Shown in pieces: positions 33,622 through 43,309 of a stretch of 64,000 bases of DNA. Position 1 is the stretch's first letter, and the number at the start of each line of letters is the position of its first letter. Source of the stretch: an uncultured Chloroflexia bacterium. GTDB taxonomy: Bacteria; Chloroflexota; Limnocylindria; Limnocylindrales; CSP1-4. The notes under the pieces were generated by a model. That model was not told where the DNA came from. It was given only the letters and a program-made list of their open reading frames with translations, and did not search any database. The position numbers were made by a program, and so were the translations under genes. The stretch spans positions 363,741-427,740 of the forward strand of contig CAVONF010000005.1 in the NCBI GenBank assembly GCA_963697275.1, written 5' to 3'.

Positions 33622-33657
33622 GCGGTCGGGTGGGAGGCATGCCGATGGCCACTACTG

Positions 33658-34518
33658 CTAGTGGGCGCCCCAGATGAGCGTCGGCAGGGCCAGGCTGATG
33701 GACAGCAGGGTGATGAAGATGGTGGCCGTCTCCCGACCCAGCCGCGAGACCATGAACGCCCCGGGGATGAGCGTGATGACCGATCCAAAGAAGAGCACCG
33801 CCAAGAGGAACAGGTCCATCTCGACGTTGTGGAACGCGGTCGCCGTGATGAGGTAGCCCACGACCGCGGAGATGGCCATGAAGACGCGACCCATCAGCGA
33901 CGAGCCGATGGCCGACTTGGGCTCGATGCGCAGCAGGATGAGCAGCTTCACGCCGATCGGTCCCCAGCCGGCGCCGGAGATGCCCGAGCTGAATCCGGCC
34001 ACGCCGCCGACACCAGCGATGCGGCTCGTGGGCACATCATGGGCGGCCCTCACCTCTCCCAGGCCGCCCCACTTCAGCGTCGCGAGCACGATGACCCCGA
34101 CGAACACGATCATGGCCGACACGAGACGCGCGATGACGTCCGAGGGCAGCATCGCTGCGAAGAAGGGGCCCATGAAGGCACCGGCCATGCCGCCCAGGAT
34201 CAGCGGCAGGGCGATGCTGCGTGAGACATTGCCGAGCCGAAAGTGGGCCCCCACTCCGAGGGGGATGACGAGCACCTGGAGGAACAGCGAGGCCGCTGCT
34301 GCGAAGCGGGCGTCGACCCCCAGCAGCAGGAGGCCGGGCACGAGGACGCCCCCGTAGACGCCGATCGACGTGGCGGCCAGGCCCGACCCCATCGCGACCA
34401 GGCTGGCCAGGAAGATGAGGGTGCGATCCTCGGAGGGAGCGGCGACCAGGACGCCGGCGATGAAGACGATGCCCACGATGGGCAGGACCACGTTGGCCAG
34501 GAAGCGCCGCACCGTCAT
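33658..34518 (-). CDS. TauE/SafE-family (DUF81) anion/sulfite exporter
   Basis: 'LVPGLLLLGVDARFAAAASLFLQVLVIPLGVGAHFRLGNV' and 8 TM. Start probably 'MTVRRFL'. Confidence 0.7.
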   Translation of the reverse strand: MTVRRFLANVVLPIVGIVFIAGVLVAAPSEDRTLIFLASLVAMGSGLAATSIGVYGGVLVPGLLLLGVDARFAAAASLFLQVLVIPLGVGAHFRLGNVSRSIALPLILGGMAGAFMGPFFAAMLPSDVIARLVSAMIVFVGVIVLATLKWGGLGEVRAAHDVPTSRIAGVGGVAGFSSGISGAGWGPIGVKLLILLRIEPKSAIGSSLMGRVFMAISAVVGYLITATAFHNVEMDLFLLAVLFFGSVITLIPGAFMVSRLGRETATIFITLLSISLALPTLIWGAH

Positions 34519-34754
34519 GCCGGCGATGCGTCGCCGCTTCCTCGCGCGCTGGCCGCCCCGTCCTGTCATCCCAGGCGCGGAGCCTTGCCTCCGCTGCCTG
34601 GCCGTCGGCACTGCTTCAGCGGTGAGGTCGTCCGGTGGCGCTGCCGCGGTGTCGACTGATGCTCACTGGTGTCTGGTCGTCCATGCGCCTCTTCTCGGGA
34701 TCGGTGCGCCTGCAGCGGAGGCGCATCGGTGGGTATACTTCCGACTTACCAGAG

Positions 34755-34788
34755 TTTCCCGATAATGTCTATCATTTCGGTCGGGAAA
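34755..34788. promoter_or_regulatory. AT-rich dyad element in the TauE/cysD divergent promoter region
   Basis: TTTCCCGAtaatgtctatcatttcggTCGGGAAA seen directly. Contains GTCTAT, the reverse complement of ATAGAC found upstream of sbp. Confidence 0.35.
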
Positions 34789-34884
34789 GGGTAGCATGGA
34801 GTCCTCGGCAGCCGTCGACCGTGCCGGCAGCCGGCCGGACCCTCATGTGGCCATCAGACACCCAGCAGAGGTCCATTCCCCCTG

Positions 34885-35820
34885 ATGATCGAAACGAGAC
34901 CCGTCACCGAGCGCAGCATCCGGCGCCGCATCAGCCATCTTGACGCTCTCGAAGCGGAGTCCATCTTCATCATGCGTGAGGTGGCCGCTGAGTTCGAGCG
35001 GCCGGTGCTGCTGTTCTCCGGCGGCAAGGACTCCATCGTCCTGCTGCGGCTGGCCGAGAAGGCCTTCCGGCCGGCCAAGTTCCCGTTCCCCATCATGCAC
35101 ATCGACACCGGCCACAACTTCCCCGAGGTGCTGGAGTTCCGCGACCGCCGCGTCGCGGAGCTGGGCGAGCGCCTCATCGTGGCCTCGGTCCAGGAGTCCA
35201 TCGACAAGGGCCGTGTCCGCGAGGAGCCCGGCAACCCGTCGCGCAACCGGCTGCAGACCACGACCCTGCTGGATGCCATCGCCGAGCACGGCTTCGATGC
35301 CGTCTTCGGCGGTGCCCGCCGGGACGAGGAGAAGGCTCGCGCCAAGGAGCGTGTCTTCTCGCTGCGCGACGAGTTCGGCCAGTGGGAGCCGCGCTCGCAG
35401 CGCCCGGAGCTGTGGGCGCTCTTCAACGGTCGCATCCGGCGCGGCCAGCACATGCGCGTCTTCCCCATCTCCAACTGGACGGAGATGGATGTCTGGCAGT
35501 ACATCGCCCGCGAGAAGGTGGAGGTGCCCTCCATCTACTACGCCCATGAACGCGACGTCTTCCGGCGCGACGGCATGTGGCTGGCCACCGGCCCGTTCCT
35601 GGCGCACGGCCCGGATGAGTCGGTCGAGCGCATGGTCGTGCGCTATCGCACCGTCGGCGACATGACCTGCACCGGCGCGGTCCGCTCCGACGCGGCCGAC
35701 GTGGAGGCCATCATCGCCGAGGTCGCCGCCGCCCGCATCACCGAGCGCGGCGCCACCCGTGCCGACGATGCCTTCAGCGAGACGGCCATGGAAGACCGCA
35801 AGAAGGAAGGCTACTTCTAG
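34885..35820 (+). CDS. cysD: Sulfate adenylyltransferase subunit 2
   Basis: 'RPVLLFSGGKDSIVLLRLA' PAPS-reductase-like fold. Intact 311 aa. Confidence 0.9.
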   Translation: MIETRPVTERSIRRRISHLDALEAESIFIMREVAAEFERPVLLFSGGKDSIVLLRLAEKAFRPAKFPFPIMHIDTGHNFPEVLEFRDRRVAELGERLIVASVQESIDKGRVREEPGNPSRNRLQTTTLLDAIAEHGFDAVFGGARRDEEKARAKERVFSLRDEFGQWEPRSQRPELWALFNGRIRRGQHMRVFPISNWTEMDVWQYIAREKVEVPSIYYAHERDVFRRDGMWLATGPFLAHGPDESVERMVVRYRTVGDMTCTGAVRSDAADVEAIIAEVAAARITERGATRADDAFSETAMEDRKKEGYF

Positions 35821-37116
35821 ATGGATCTGCTGCGCTTCTCCACGGCCGGCTCGGTCGATGACGGCAAGTCGACGCTCATCGGGCGGCTGCTCTACGACTC
35901 CAAGGGCATCTTCGAGGACCAGCTGGCGGCCATCGAGCGCACCAGCCAGCGTCGTGGCAACCACCAGGTGGATCTGGCACTGCTCACGGATGGCCTCCGC
36001 GCCGAGCGCGAGCAGGGCATCACCATCGACGTGGCCTACCGCTACTTCGCCACGCCCAAGCGCAAGTTCATCATCGCGGACACCCCCGGGCACGTGCAGT
36101 ACACCCGCAACATGGTCACCGGGGCCTCCACGGCGGACCTGGCCATCGTGCTCATCGACGCCCGCAATGGCGTGCTCGAGCAGTCGCACCGCCATGCCTT
36201 CATCGCGGCCCTGCTGGGCATCCCGCACATCCTCGTGGCCGTCAACAAGATGGACCTGGTGGGCTACGACGAGGAGGTCTACGAGCGCATCACCTCGGAG
36301 TTCGCCGACTGGGCGGCCAAGCTGGACGTCCACGACATCCAGTTCATCCCCATCAGCGCGCTCCACGGCGACAACGTGGTGCAGCGCTCGCTGGCCATGC
36401 CCTGGTACCAGGGACCCTCGCTGCTCTATCACCTCGAGCACGTCTACATCGGCTCGGACGTCAACCTCATCGACGTGCGCTTCCCGGTGCAGTGGGTGGT
36501 GCGGCCGCAGAGCACCGAGCACCACGACTTCCGCGGCTACGCCGGCCAGATCGCCTCGGGCACGTTCCGCAAGGGCGACGAGGTCATCGTGCTGCCGTCC
36601 GGCAAGCGTTCGCGGGTCAGGTCCATCTCCACCTTCGACGGAGAGCTGGAGGTGGCCTCGCCACCCCTGTCGATCATCATGCAGCTGGAACACGACATCG
36701 ACGTCTCGCGCGGGGATGTCATCTGCCGGCCCCACAACCAGCCCGAGATCAGCAACGACTTCGAGGCCATGGTCTGCTGGATGGCGGATGAGCCGTTGCG
36801 GCCCGGTGCGCGCTACGCCATCAAGCACACCACGCGCGCCGGCAAGGCCATCATCGAGGACCTGCGCTACCGCATGGATGTCAACACCCTGCAGCGCGAC
36901 CAGACCTCGGAAGAGCTCGGGCTCAACGAGATCGGCCGCGTCCACATCCGCACCAGCACGCCGTTGCTGCTCGACGAATACCGCCTCAGCCGCTCCACCG
37001 GCGGTTTCATCCTCATCGATGAGGCCACCCAGGACACCGTCGGCGCCGGCATGGTCGTACGCACGTCGCCGGAACCGGAGCTGGACCTCGAGGACGAGGG
37101 GGGACTCGCAGCCTGA
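35821..37116 (+). CDS. cysN: Sulfate adenylyltransferase subunit 1 (GTPase), without an APS-kinase domain
   Basis: 'GSVDDGKSTLIGRLL...DTPGHVQYTRNMVTGAS...NKMDLV'. 431 aa. Confidence 0.9.
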   Translation: MDLLRFSTAGSVDDGKSTLIGRLLYDSKGIFEDQLAAIERTSQRRGNHQVDLALLTDGLRAEREQGITIDVAYRYFATPKRKFIIADTPGHVQYTRNMVTGASTADLAIVLIDARNGVLEQSHRHAFIAALLGIPHILVAVNKMDLVGYDEEVYERITSEFADWAAKLDVHDIQFIPISALHGDNVVQRSLAMPWYQGPSLLYHLEHVYIGSDVNLIDVRFPVQWVVRPQSTEHHDFRGYAGQIASGTFRKGDEVIVLPSGKRSRVRSISTFDGELEVASPPLSIIMQLEHDIDVSRGDVICRPHNQPEISNDFEAMVCWMADEPLRPGARYAIKHTTRAGKAIIEDLRYRMDVNTLQRDQTSEELGLNEIGRVHIRTSTPLLLDEYRLSRSTGGFILIDEATQDTVGAGMVVRTSPEPELDLEDEGGLAA

Positions 37117-37151
37117 CCGCTCCCTGAGGCGCCCGGCCGTATCATCGGGCC

Positions 37152-38345
37152 GTGACAGATGCGGGACAGTCGCCCGGTGTCGGCCCCCTGGTCTGCCCGT
37201 TCGTGGCGCTTGCCGAGGACCGCGACCGCCGCGCGGACGCGCCTGACGAGCGCAATCGCTGCTATGCCGAGAAGGCACCGCGACGGCGCGACCTGGCCTA
37301 CCAGGCCGAGTACTGCTACACGGCCCGCTTCTCATCGTGCTCCGCCTTCCTTGCCTGGGCGGCGCGCAACGCGGCAGAGCCGGCCTATGTGACCGAGGCG
37401 GCCCAGCGGGCCTGGGCCACCGGCATCGCCTCGCCCGAGGAGAGGGGCGTCGGTGAGGTCGCTGGAGCGGACCCTGCGTCCACCTCTGACACGGGACTTG
37501 AACCGGGCGATGGCACAGCGAGGCCGCCTGCCATCCCGGCACCTACCCCCGAAGGTGGACTCTTCGCTCCACCAGACGCCGCCGAGCCCGGGGCCGGGCG
37601 GTCGGGCCCGGAGCAGCTCGACTGGGTGTCCGCTTCGGCGTGGGCGGACGCACCCTGGGACCCGACTGCCGAAGCGGAGGCCGAAGGGTCCGATGCCCTG
37701 GACAGCGAGCCCTACGAGGAAGAGGAGGCGCCGGAGCCGGTCGAGGACGGTGCCACCGCGGCAGAGGCGCTCCAGGGCCCGAAGGTGCCGGCCGCCCTGC
37801 CGATGCGACGGCGCCGCCAGCCCCAGCAGCCCATCCGCACCCGGGGATCCGGGGAGTGGTACTACGCGGACCCGCTCGATCGCGAGCCCCTGGTACGTCG
37901 ACGCACGAGTGTGGCTCCTCCCATCCTGCTGGCGGTGCTGGGACTGCTGGTCGTCTCGCTCATCGTCTTCCTGCTGCCCACGCTGCTCGGTGGCGGCGGC
38001 GATGACCAGACGGCTGCCGTGGCGTCACCATCGGCCGGTCCTTCGGCTCGTCCGCTGGCCACGCGCGCGCCGCTCCGGACGGCCGAGGCGAGCGCGCTCC
38101 CCAGCCCGACTCCGGAGCCGCAGATCAGGACCTACATCGTCAAGCCTGGCGACACGCTCAGCGCCATCGCCGCCAAACGTGCCGTGAACGTGCCCATGCG
38201 GCTGCTGCAGTGCATCAACGGCCTCGTCAACCCGAACGTCCTGCAGCCGGGCCAGGAATTGCTCATCCCGCCCGATGGCTACAGCTGCCCGCCGGGCTGG
38301 CGTCGGGGCGGCAGCGTCACGCCATCGCCCGAAGCCGCTCCCTAG
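37152..38345 (+). CDS. Membrane protein with N-terminal Cys-rich cytoplasmic domain, one TM and C-terminal LysM peptidoglycan-binding domain
   Basis: 'CPF...CYAEKAP...YCYTARFSSC', TM 'PPILLAVLGLLVVSLIVFLLPTLLG', LysM 'YIVKPGDTLSAIAAKRAVNVPMRLLQCINGLVNPNVLQPGQELLIP'. Confidence 0.65.
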   Translation: MTDAGQSPGVGPLVCPFVALAEDRDRRADAPDERNRCYAEKAPRRRDLAYQAEYCYTARFSSCSAFLAWAARNAAEPAYVTEAAQRAWATGIASPEERGVGEVAGADPASTSDTGLEPGDGTARPPAIPAPTPEGGLFAPPDAAEPGAGRSGPEQLDWVSASAWADAPWDPTAEAEAEGSDALDSEPYEEEEAPEPVEDGATAAEALQGPKVPAALPMRRRRQPQQPIRTRGSGEWYYADPLDREPLVRRRTSVAPPILLAVLGLLVVSLIVFLLPTLLGGGGDDQTAAVASPSAGPSARPLATRAPLRTAEASALPSPTPEPQIRTYIVKPGDTLSAIAAKRAVNVPMRLLQCINGLVNPNVLQPGQELLIPPDGYSCPPGWRRGGSVTPSPEAAP

Positions 38346-38375
38346 CGCGTCATGCCCGCTTCCGTGAGCGACGCT

Positions 38376-38705
38376 TCAGCGGGAGGAGAGGTTGATGCTG
38401 GTGATCTTGCCGGCCTCGACGCGGAAGGTGGCATCGATGTGCTGCGACGGCGCGCCGGGTCGCAGCACCAGCAGGTCTGCCTCGTAGGTGTTGCCCATCT
38501 CGCGGACGTCGGCAGGGACCATCTGCAGGCCCGCGTCGGCACGCAGGAACCAGCCGCCGACCTGGGAGACACCGCGCAGCACTCGCGAGCCATCGCGGAC
38601 GTGCACCCGCATCTCCGCGCGTTCGTCCATCAGGTCGACGGCGCCCTGACGGTCGCCGCTGTTCAGCTTCTCGAAGAAGATCTCCATCGTGTCGGTCGCA
38701 CCCAT
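38376..38705 (-). CDS. SnoaL/NTF2-like small protein
   Basis: 'MEIFFEKLNSGDRQGAVDLMDERAEMRVHV...' About 109 aa. Confidence 0.5.
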   Translation of the reverse strand: MGATDTMEIFFEKLNSGDRQGAVDLMDERAEMRVHVRDGSRVLRGVSQVGGWFLRADAGLQMVPADVREMGNTYEADLLVLRPGAPSQHIDATFRVEAGKITSINLSSR

Positions 38706-38752
38706 GGCTACAGACTAGGCCACTTGGACACGCGACGTGGCCAAGGCTGGCG

Positions 38753-41113
38753 CTAGAAGCCGCCTCCGGCCCCGCCTCCGCCTCCGCCGGCGCTCCCGCC
38801 ACCGAAGCCACCACCACTGCCGCCGCCACCCGAGGATGCGGGCGGGCTGCCGATGGTCGAGAGGGCGGCGGTCATGGCCGTGAAGTCAGGCACCACGCCG
38901 CTCGAGAACAGTCCGGCCGTGGGTGCACGGGCACCGCCGCTGATGCGCGCCCCGGAGCGCGGGCCGATGGCGTACCAGAGCGGGAAGTAGGTGCGCGTCG
39001 GAGAGGCTGCGCCGGTGCGCACGTCCTCCATCGAGCGCTCGAGCACCTCCTCGGCCTCCTCGTGCAGGCCCAGGGCATAGGACCACACCAGGGCCTGGTC
39101 AGGCGTCTCCACCCACGGCAGCACGCCGCTGCTGACGACCTGGTCCATGGTGCGCGACTGCTCCAGCGTCTTCTGCAGCGTGCGACGGTACGCCGCCAGC
39201 TGGGCGAAGGTTCGCGCGCCCTCCAGGGTCCGCTGCGGCATGGTACGGGCGATGATGAACATGGCCACGGCCCCCACGATGGCGGCCGCGCCCGCCAGCA
39301 GCAGGCCGCTGCTGGGCAGGTTGATGCCGAAGAACACGGCGGCCACGCCGGCGATGAGGACGACGGCAGCGCGCCGCGACCAGCGGTCGATCGCGTCGCC
39401 CGGTGATTCGCGGAACCAGCCGTTGGCGGTGACCGCCGCTTCGATGCGGTCGTCGAAGCCGCCCACGCTCCGGGCGAACCTGGGGATGTCCTCGGCATCG
39501 ATGGTGCGGATGGCGCCGGCGAGCTTCTTGAGCTCCTCGAGCGCGTAGCGCTCCGCCTCCCCGAGGGGTTGCCGCCGGTTCCGGGCCAGCCGCGCGTCCC
39601 GCTGATCGGGCACGGTGATGTCGATGTCGAGCTTCTTCGGATCGTCCTCCGAGGCCCGGAAATCGATCTCGCCCCGGGATGCCAGGTCCACCATCGCCGT
39701 GGTCAGGGCGTGGCGCCTTGAGCGGCCGTCCATGATGACCGCGGCAGCGGCCGGCGTGAGGCCGGGCGGCGGTGCCGGCATGAGGATGGAGGGGCTGTCG
39801 AGGTAGACCGGATCGCGCCCGTAGCGCAACCAGCTCCAGCCGGCCCAGGCGACGAGGCCGATGAGCAGCAGTGGTGCCAGGATCAGGCCGGCCACGGCAT
39901 CGACCTGCCGGGCCAGCTGCAGGGTGCTGGCGCGCTCCGCCGTCGTGGCTTCGTCGATGCGGGCCATGGCTGCCGTCAGGGCCGCGTCGAAGTCGCACTC
40001 GCGGAGTGCCGGCAGCATCTGGTCCTCGTAGATGGCCTGGCGTTCGCCGTTGGTGAGATACAAGGCCTGGTAGCCCGGCGCCGCGTACAGCTGGACCTGA
40101 CCGTTGCAGAGGTTCTCGCGCAGGTTGAAGAAGATGGCCAGCCCGTCATCGAAGCCCTTGCGCCCGACCCCCCACTGGCTGATGAGGGCCATGGCGTCCT
40201 GCTCGGTCCGGCCCGCACTGTCCGCGGCATCGGGCTTGACCTGCGTATAGATGACGACTTGGGCGCCGGTGCGCTCCTCGATGGCCATGATGGTGCGGCT
40301 GAGGCGGTCGATGACCGCGGGGCTGATGACCTCGGCGTAGTCGTACACACGCACGCCGTCGATGGGGTCGGGGAAGGCCGGTCCCGGTCCGGGACGCAGG
40401 CCACTGGTGGGCCGTCGGCCCTCGGTCGTGGTGGGACGGCGAGGTGGCTCGGTTGCCCCGGGCCGCGGCGTTCGGGCTGGCGCCGGGGTCGCCGTCACCG
40501 CGGCCGCTGACAATCGTGACTGCAGCTCGATCCGGCCCGTCCGCAGGGCGGAGATCCAGTCCTGGCTCTGCAGCCCGGGCAACACGGCCGAGTTGACGGC
40601 CTCGTCGACATCCCCGGCGTCGATGCCCGCGAAGCCCTTGCCGATGGCGACCCCGTTGCGGGCGATGGTGCCCTCGGTGTTGATGTTCCAGAGCATCACT
40701 GCGCCGGTACCATCGCTGCCCCCGACCTGCCACTCCTCGAGCAACTGGGCGGCGTCATTCCGCGCGTCACGACGAGCACCGACCCGGTCCTTCTGCTGGG
40801 TGTAGACGACCAGGTCCAGGCCGGTATCTGCCAGCAGTGCCCGAAGCTCCTCCTCCAGCGCCTCCTCGTCGATGCCATTGATGATGCGTGCGTCATCGAG
40901 GATGTGGACATCCGGGCCCCGCTCTGGGAAGACCGTCTCTTCCTGGGCGAGGGCCAGTGGGGAGAGGAGCAGCAGCAGAGTCAGCACCGTCGCCAGGGCT
41001 GCGGTCAGGCGAGGCCACGGCCCGTGGCTGGCATGTGCGCGAGACTGTGCTGCCACCACCCGCGAGCCCGTCGCGGGCATCCCTGCTGTCGCCGCCTGCA
41101 TGGCTCGCATCAT
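38753..41113 (-). CDS. Membrane protein with two N-terminal TPM (DUF477) domains, a DUF2207-like region and a Gly-rich C-terminal tail
   Basis: Signal peptide. 'LVVYTQQKDRVG' and 'VVIYTQVKPDAAD' TPM-like repeats. TM helices. C-terminus 'GGGGSGGGFGGGSAGGGGGGAGGGF'. ATG overlaps the stop of the upstream gene (ATGA). Confidence 0.65.
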   Translation of the reverse strand: MMRAMQAATAGMPATGSRVVAAQSRAHASHGPWPRLTAALATVLTLLLLLSPLALAQEETVFPERGPDVHILDDARIINGIDEEALEEELRALLADTGLDLVVYTQQKDRVGARRDARNDAAQLLEEWQVGGSDGTGAVMLWNINTEGTIARNGVAIGKGFAGIDAGDVDEAVNSAVLPGLQSQDWISALRTGRIELQSRLSAAAVTATPAPARTPRPGATEPPRRPTTTEGRRPTSGLRPGPGPAFPDPIDGVRVYDYAEVISPAVIDRLSRTIMAIEERTGAQVVIYTQVKPDAADSAGRTEQDAMALISQWGVGRKGFDDGLAIFFNLRENLCNGQVQLYAAPGYQALYLTNGERQAIYEDQMLPALRECDFDAALTAAMARIDEATTAERASTLQLARQVDAVAGLILAPLLLIGLVAWAGWSWLRYGRDPVYLDSPSILMPAPPPGLTPAAAAVIMDGRSRRHALTTAMVDLASRGEIDFRASEDDPKKLDIDITVPDQRDARLARNRRQPLGEAERYALEELKKLAGAIRTIDAEDIPRFARSVGGFDDRIEAAVTANGWFRESPGDAIDRWSRRAAVVLIAGVAAVFFGINLPSSGLLLAGAAAIVGAVAMFIIARTMPQRTLEGARTFAQLAAYRRTLQKTLEQSRTMDQVVSSGVLPWVETPDQALVWSYALGLHEEAEEVLERSMEDVRTGAASPTRTYFPLWYAIGPRSGARISGGARAPTAGLFSSGVVPDFTAMTAALSTIGSPPASSGGGGSGGGFGGGSAGGGGGGAGGGF

Positions 41114-43128
41114 GGACCGCTGGCCGGCTTCGCGCTGGCGGTCGCGGGCAGTTCGGCACGCACGCGCCGGACCAGCTCGGCCGACTGCTCGTAGCGTCCG
41201 AAGCTGGGCATGATGTAGGTGCCGTTCACAAAGGGCTGCATCTCGTGGAGGAGCTCGAGCGAGGCCTCCAGCCCGACCTCGGACCCGCGCTCGCCGGCGA
41301 CGTGCATGGCCTCGCGCACCGGGTCGGGGATGGTGATTCCGGGCACCTCGTGGTGAAGGAACTCGGCGTGCCGCGCCGTGTGCAATGGCAGCACCCCCAG
41401 CAGCACCGGCAGCGGCAGACGGTCGCCCCATCGTAGCGACGCTCGCTCCATGAAGTGCTGCCACTGCGCGTGGGCGTAGATGGGCTGGGTCATGATCAGT
41501 TGTGCGCCGGCCTCGACCTTGCCGGCGAGCCGCTCGAGCTCGCTGTCCAGGTCGCTCGCCGTGGGGTCCAGGGCACAGGCGATGGTGAACCCAGCTGGCG
41601 CACCGATGGGCCGCCCAGCCTGATCCTCGCCACGATTGAGCCGCCTGAGGATGCCGATGAGGCCGATGGAATCGATGTCCCAGATACCGGTGCCACTGGG
41701 ATAGTCGCCCACCCGGGGCGGGTCCCCGGTCAGGGCCAGGATGTCCCGGAGACCCAGGGCATGAGCCCCCAGCAGCTCGGATTCCAGCGCCATGAGGTTC
41801 CGGTCGCGGGTAGTGAAGTGGATGAGCGATTCCAGGCCCAGGTCACGCTGGATGGCGAAGCCCACGGCCATGGCACCCATGCGCACGCGTGCCATGGCGC
41901 TGTCGCTGATGTTGACCAGGTCCGCCCCGGCATCACGAATCAGTCGCGCCGACTCCAGCGTGCGCTCGATACGCACCGAGCGGGGTGGGTCGATCTCCAC
42001 GCTGACCACGAAACGGCCCTCGGCCAGGGCGGTCGCCAGCCCGGTCGGTGGCAAGGCCGCGACGGCGATGGCGGACTCCTCGCCGCTCGTACCGGCCCTG
42101 CGTGGGGCAGGCTCCTGGCTGGGCGCCATCGGCACCACCAGCGTGATCCCCGGCGATGGCACGCCGCCGCTCGCTTCCCCGGGGAGCCGGCTGGTGGTCA
42201 CCGCCGCCTGTCGCGCCTGCTCCCGGTCGAGCACCTGGCGCATGGCCGCCACGTGCTCGGGTGTCGTCCCGCAGCAGCCGCCGATCAGCCGCGCACCGGC
42301 GGCGAGGAAGCGTGGCACCTCGTCGGCGAAGTAGCCCGGCGTGGCCGCCCACACGAACGCACCACCGACCCGGCCGGGCAGGCCGGCGTTGGGCATGATC
42401 AGTCGCGGCACTCCGGCCACAGCCGAGGCCATCGCCTCGAGCACGTCGATCCCGGCGATGGGCCCGGAGCCGCAGTTGACGCCAAGGGCATCCACCCCGG
42501 CTTCACGCAGTGCCGCCGCCGCCGCCTCCGGCGTGCTCCCGTCGGCAACGCGGAGGTCCTCTCCGAAGCTCAGCGAGGCGAGGATGGGCAGGTCACTGGA
42601 GCTCCGCGCTGCAGCCACGGCCGCGAGCAGGTGACCCAGGTCGCTGGCCGTCTCGATCATGACGAGGTCGATGCCACCCTCCAGCAACCCCTCCAGCTGC
42701 TCGGCGGCAGCCGCCCCGGCCTCGCTGTCCGAGAGGTGGCTGGGGCCGTGGAGCGGTGAGCTGATCGGGCCGATAGAACCGGCCACCAGCACGTCGCGCC
42801 CGGAGACCTCCCTGGCCTCACGTGCCAGCTGGGCCGCGCGGCGGTTGATGGCCACGGTCCGGTCGGCCAGGCCCAGCTGCCCGAGCCGCACACGGTTGGC
42901 GCTGAAGGTGTCCGTCTCGATGATGTCGGCGCCGGCTGCGATGTACTCGCGATGCACGGCCGCCACCAGCTCGGGGCGACTCAGCACCAACTCGTCGAGC
43001 GAGGCGCGCTGTGGAATGCCGCGGCTGAAGAGCAGCGTGCCCATGGCCCCGTCGAGCAGCATGGGGCGCTCCCGGAGTCGCTCTGCGAACGTCCGTCGGG
43101 CTCGTGACAGGGGCATCGACTCGGCCAT
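41110..43128 (-). CDS. Bifunctional homocysteine S-methyltransferase / 5,10-methylenetetrahydrofolate reductase
   Basis: S-methyltransferase domain 'LLDGAMGTLLF...GADIIETDTF...GVNCG...GGCCGTTPEHV' followed by an MTHFR domain 'FVVSVEIDPP...LVNISDS...FTTRDRN'. Start ambiguous (43116 to 43152). Confidence 0.75.
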   Translation of the reverse strand: MAESMPLSRARRTFAERLRERPMLLDGAMGTLLFSRGIPQRASLDELVLSRPELVAAVHREYIAAGADIIETDTFSANRVRLGQLGLADRTVAINRRAAQLAREAREVSGRDVLVAGSIGPISSPLHGPSHLSDSEAGAAAAEQLEGLLEGGIDLVMIETASDLGHLLAAVAAARSSSDLPILASLSFGEDLRVADGSTPEAAAAALREAGVDALGVNCGSGPIAGIDVLEAMASAVAGVPRLIMPNAGLPGRVGGAFVWAATPGYFADEVPRFLAAGARLIGGCCGTTPEHVAAMRQVLDREQARQAAVTTSRLPGEASGGVPSPGITLVVPMAPSQEPAPRRAGTSGEESAIAVAALPPTGLATALAEGRFVVSVEIDPPRSVRIERTLESARLIRDAGADLVNISDSAMARVRMGAMAVGFAIQRDLGLESLIHFTTRDRNLMALESELLGAHALGLRDILALTGDPPRVGDYPSGTGIWDIDSIGLIGILRRLNRGEDQAGRPIGAPAGFTIACALDPTASDLDSELERLAGKVEAGAQLIMTQPIYAHAQWQHFMERASLRWGDRLPLPVLLGVLPLHTARHAEFLHHEVPGITIPDPVREAMHVAGERGSEVGLEASLELLHEMQPFVNGTYIMPSFGRYEQSAELVRRVRAELPATASAKPASGP

Positions 43129-43309
43129 CGATGGGCAAGGGTACCGCGCCATGGCGTCCGGGCCCCGCCCGGCCCTCGCGGACCCGCCGCCGCTGGTGCT
43201 CCCGGGCCCTCCCGCACCCGTGGGCCGTCGGCGTCGTAGGATGCCGGCACCGAACGACCGGGCCCAGAGACGACCCGGCCGAGAGACGACCCGGCCCAGA
43301 GGAGGAAGC

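Noticed and set aside
38753-39498. Several 130 to 300-aa ORFs on both strands inside the TPM/DUF2207 gene.
   Set aside because: They overlap a 787-aa ORF with clear domain architecture. They are alternative-frame artefacts.
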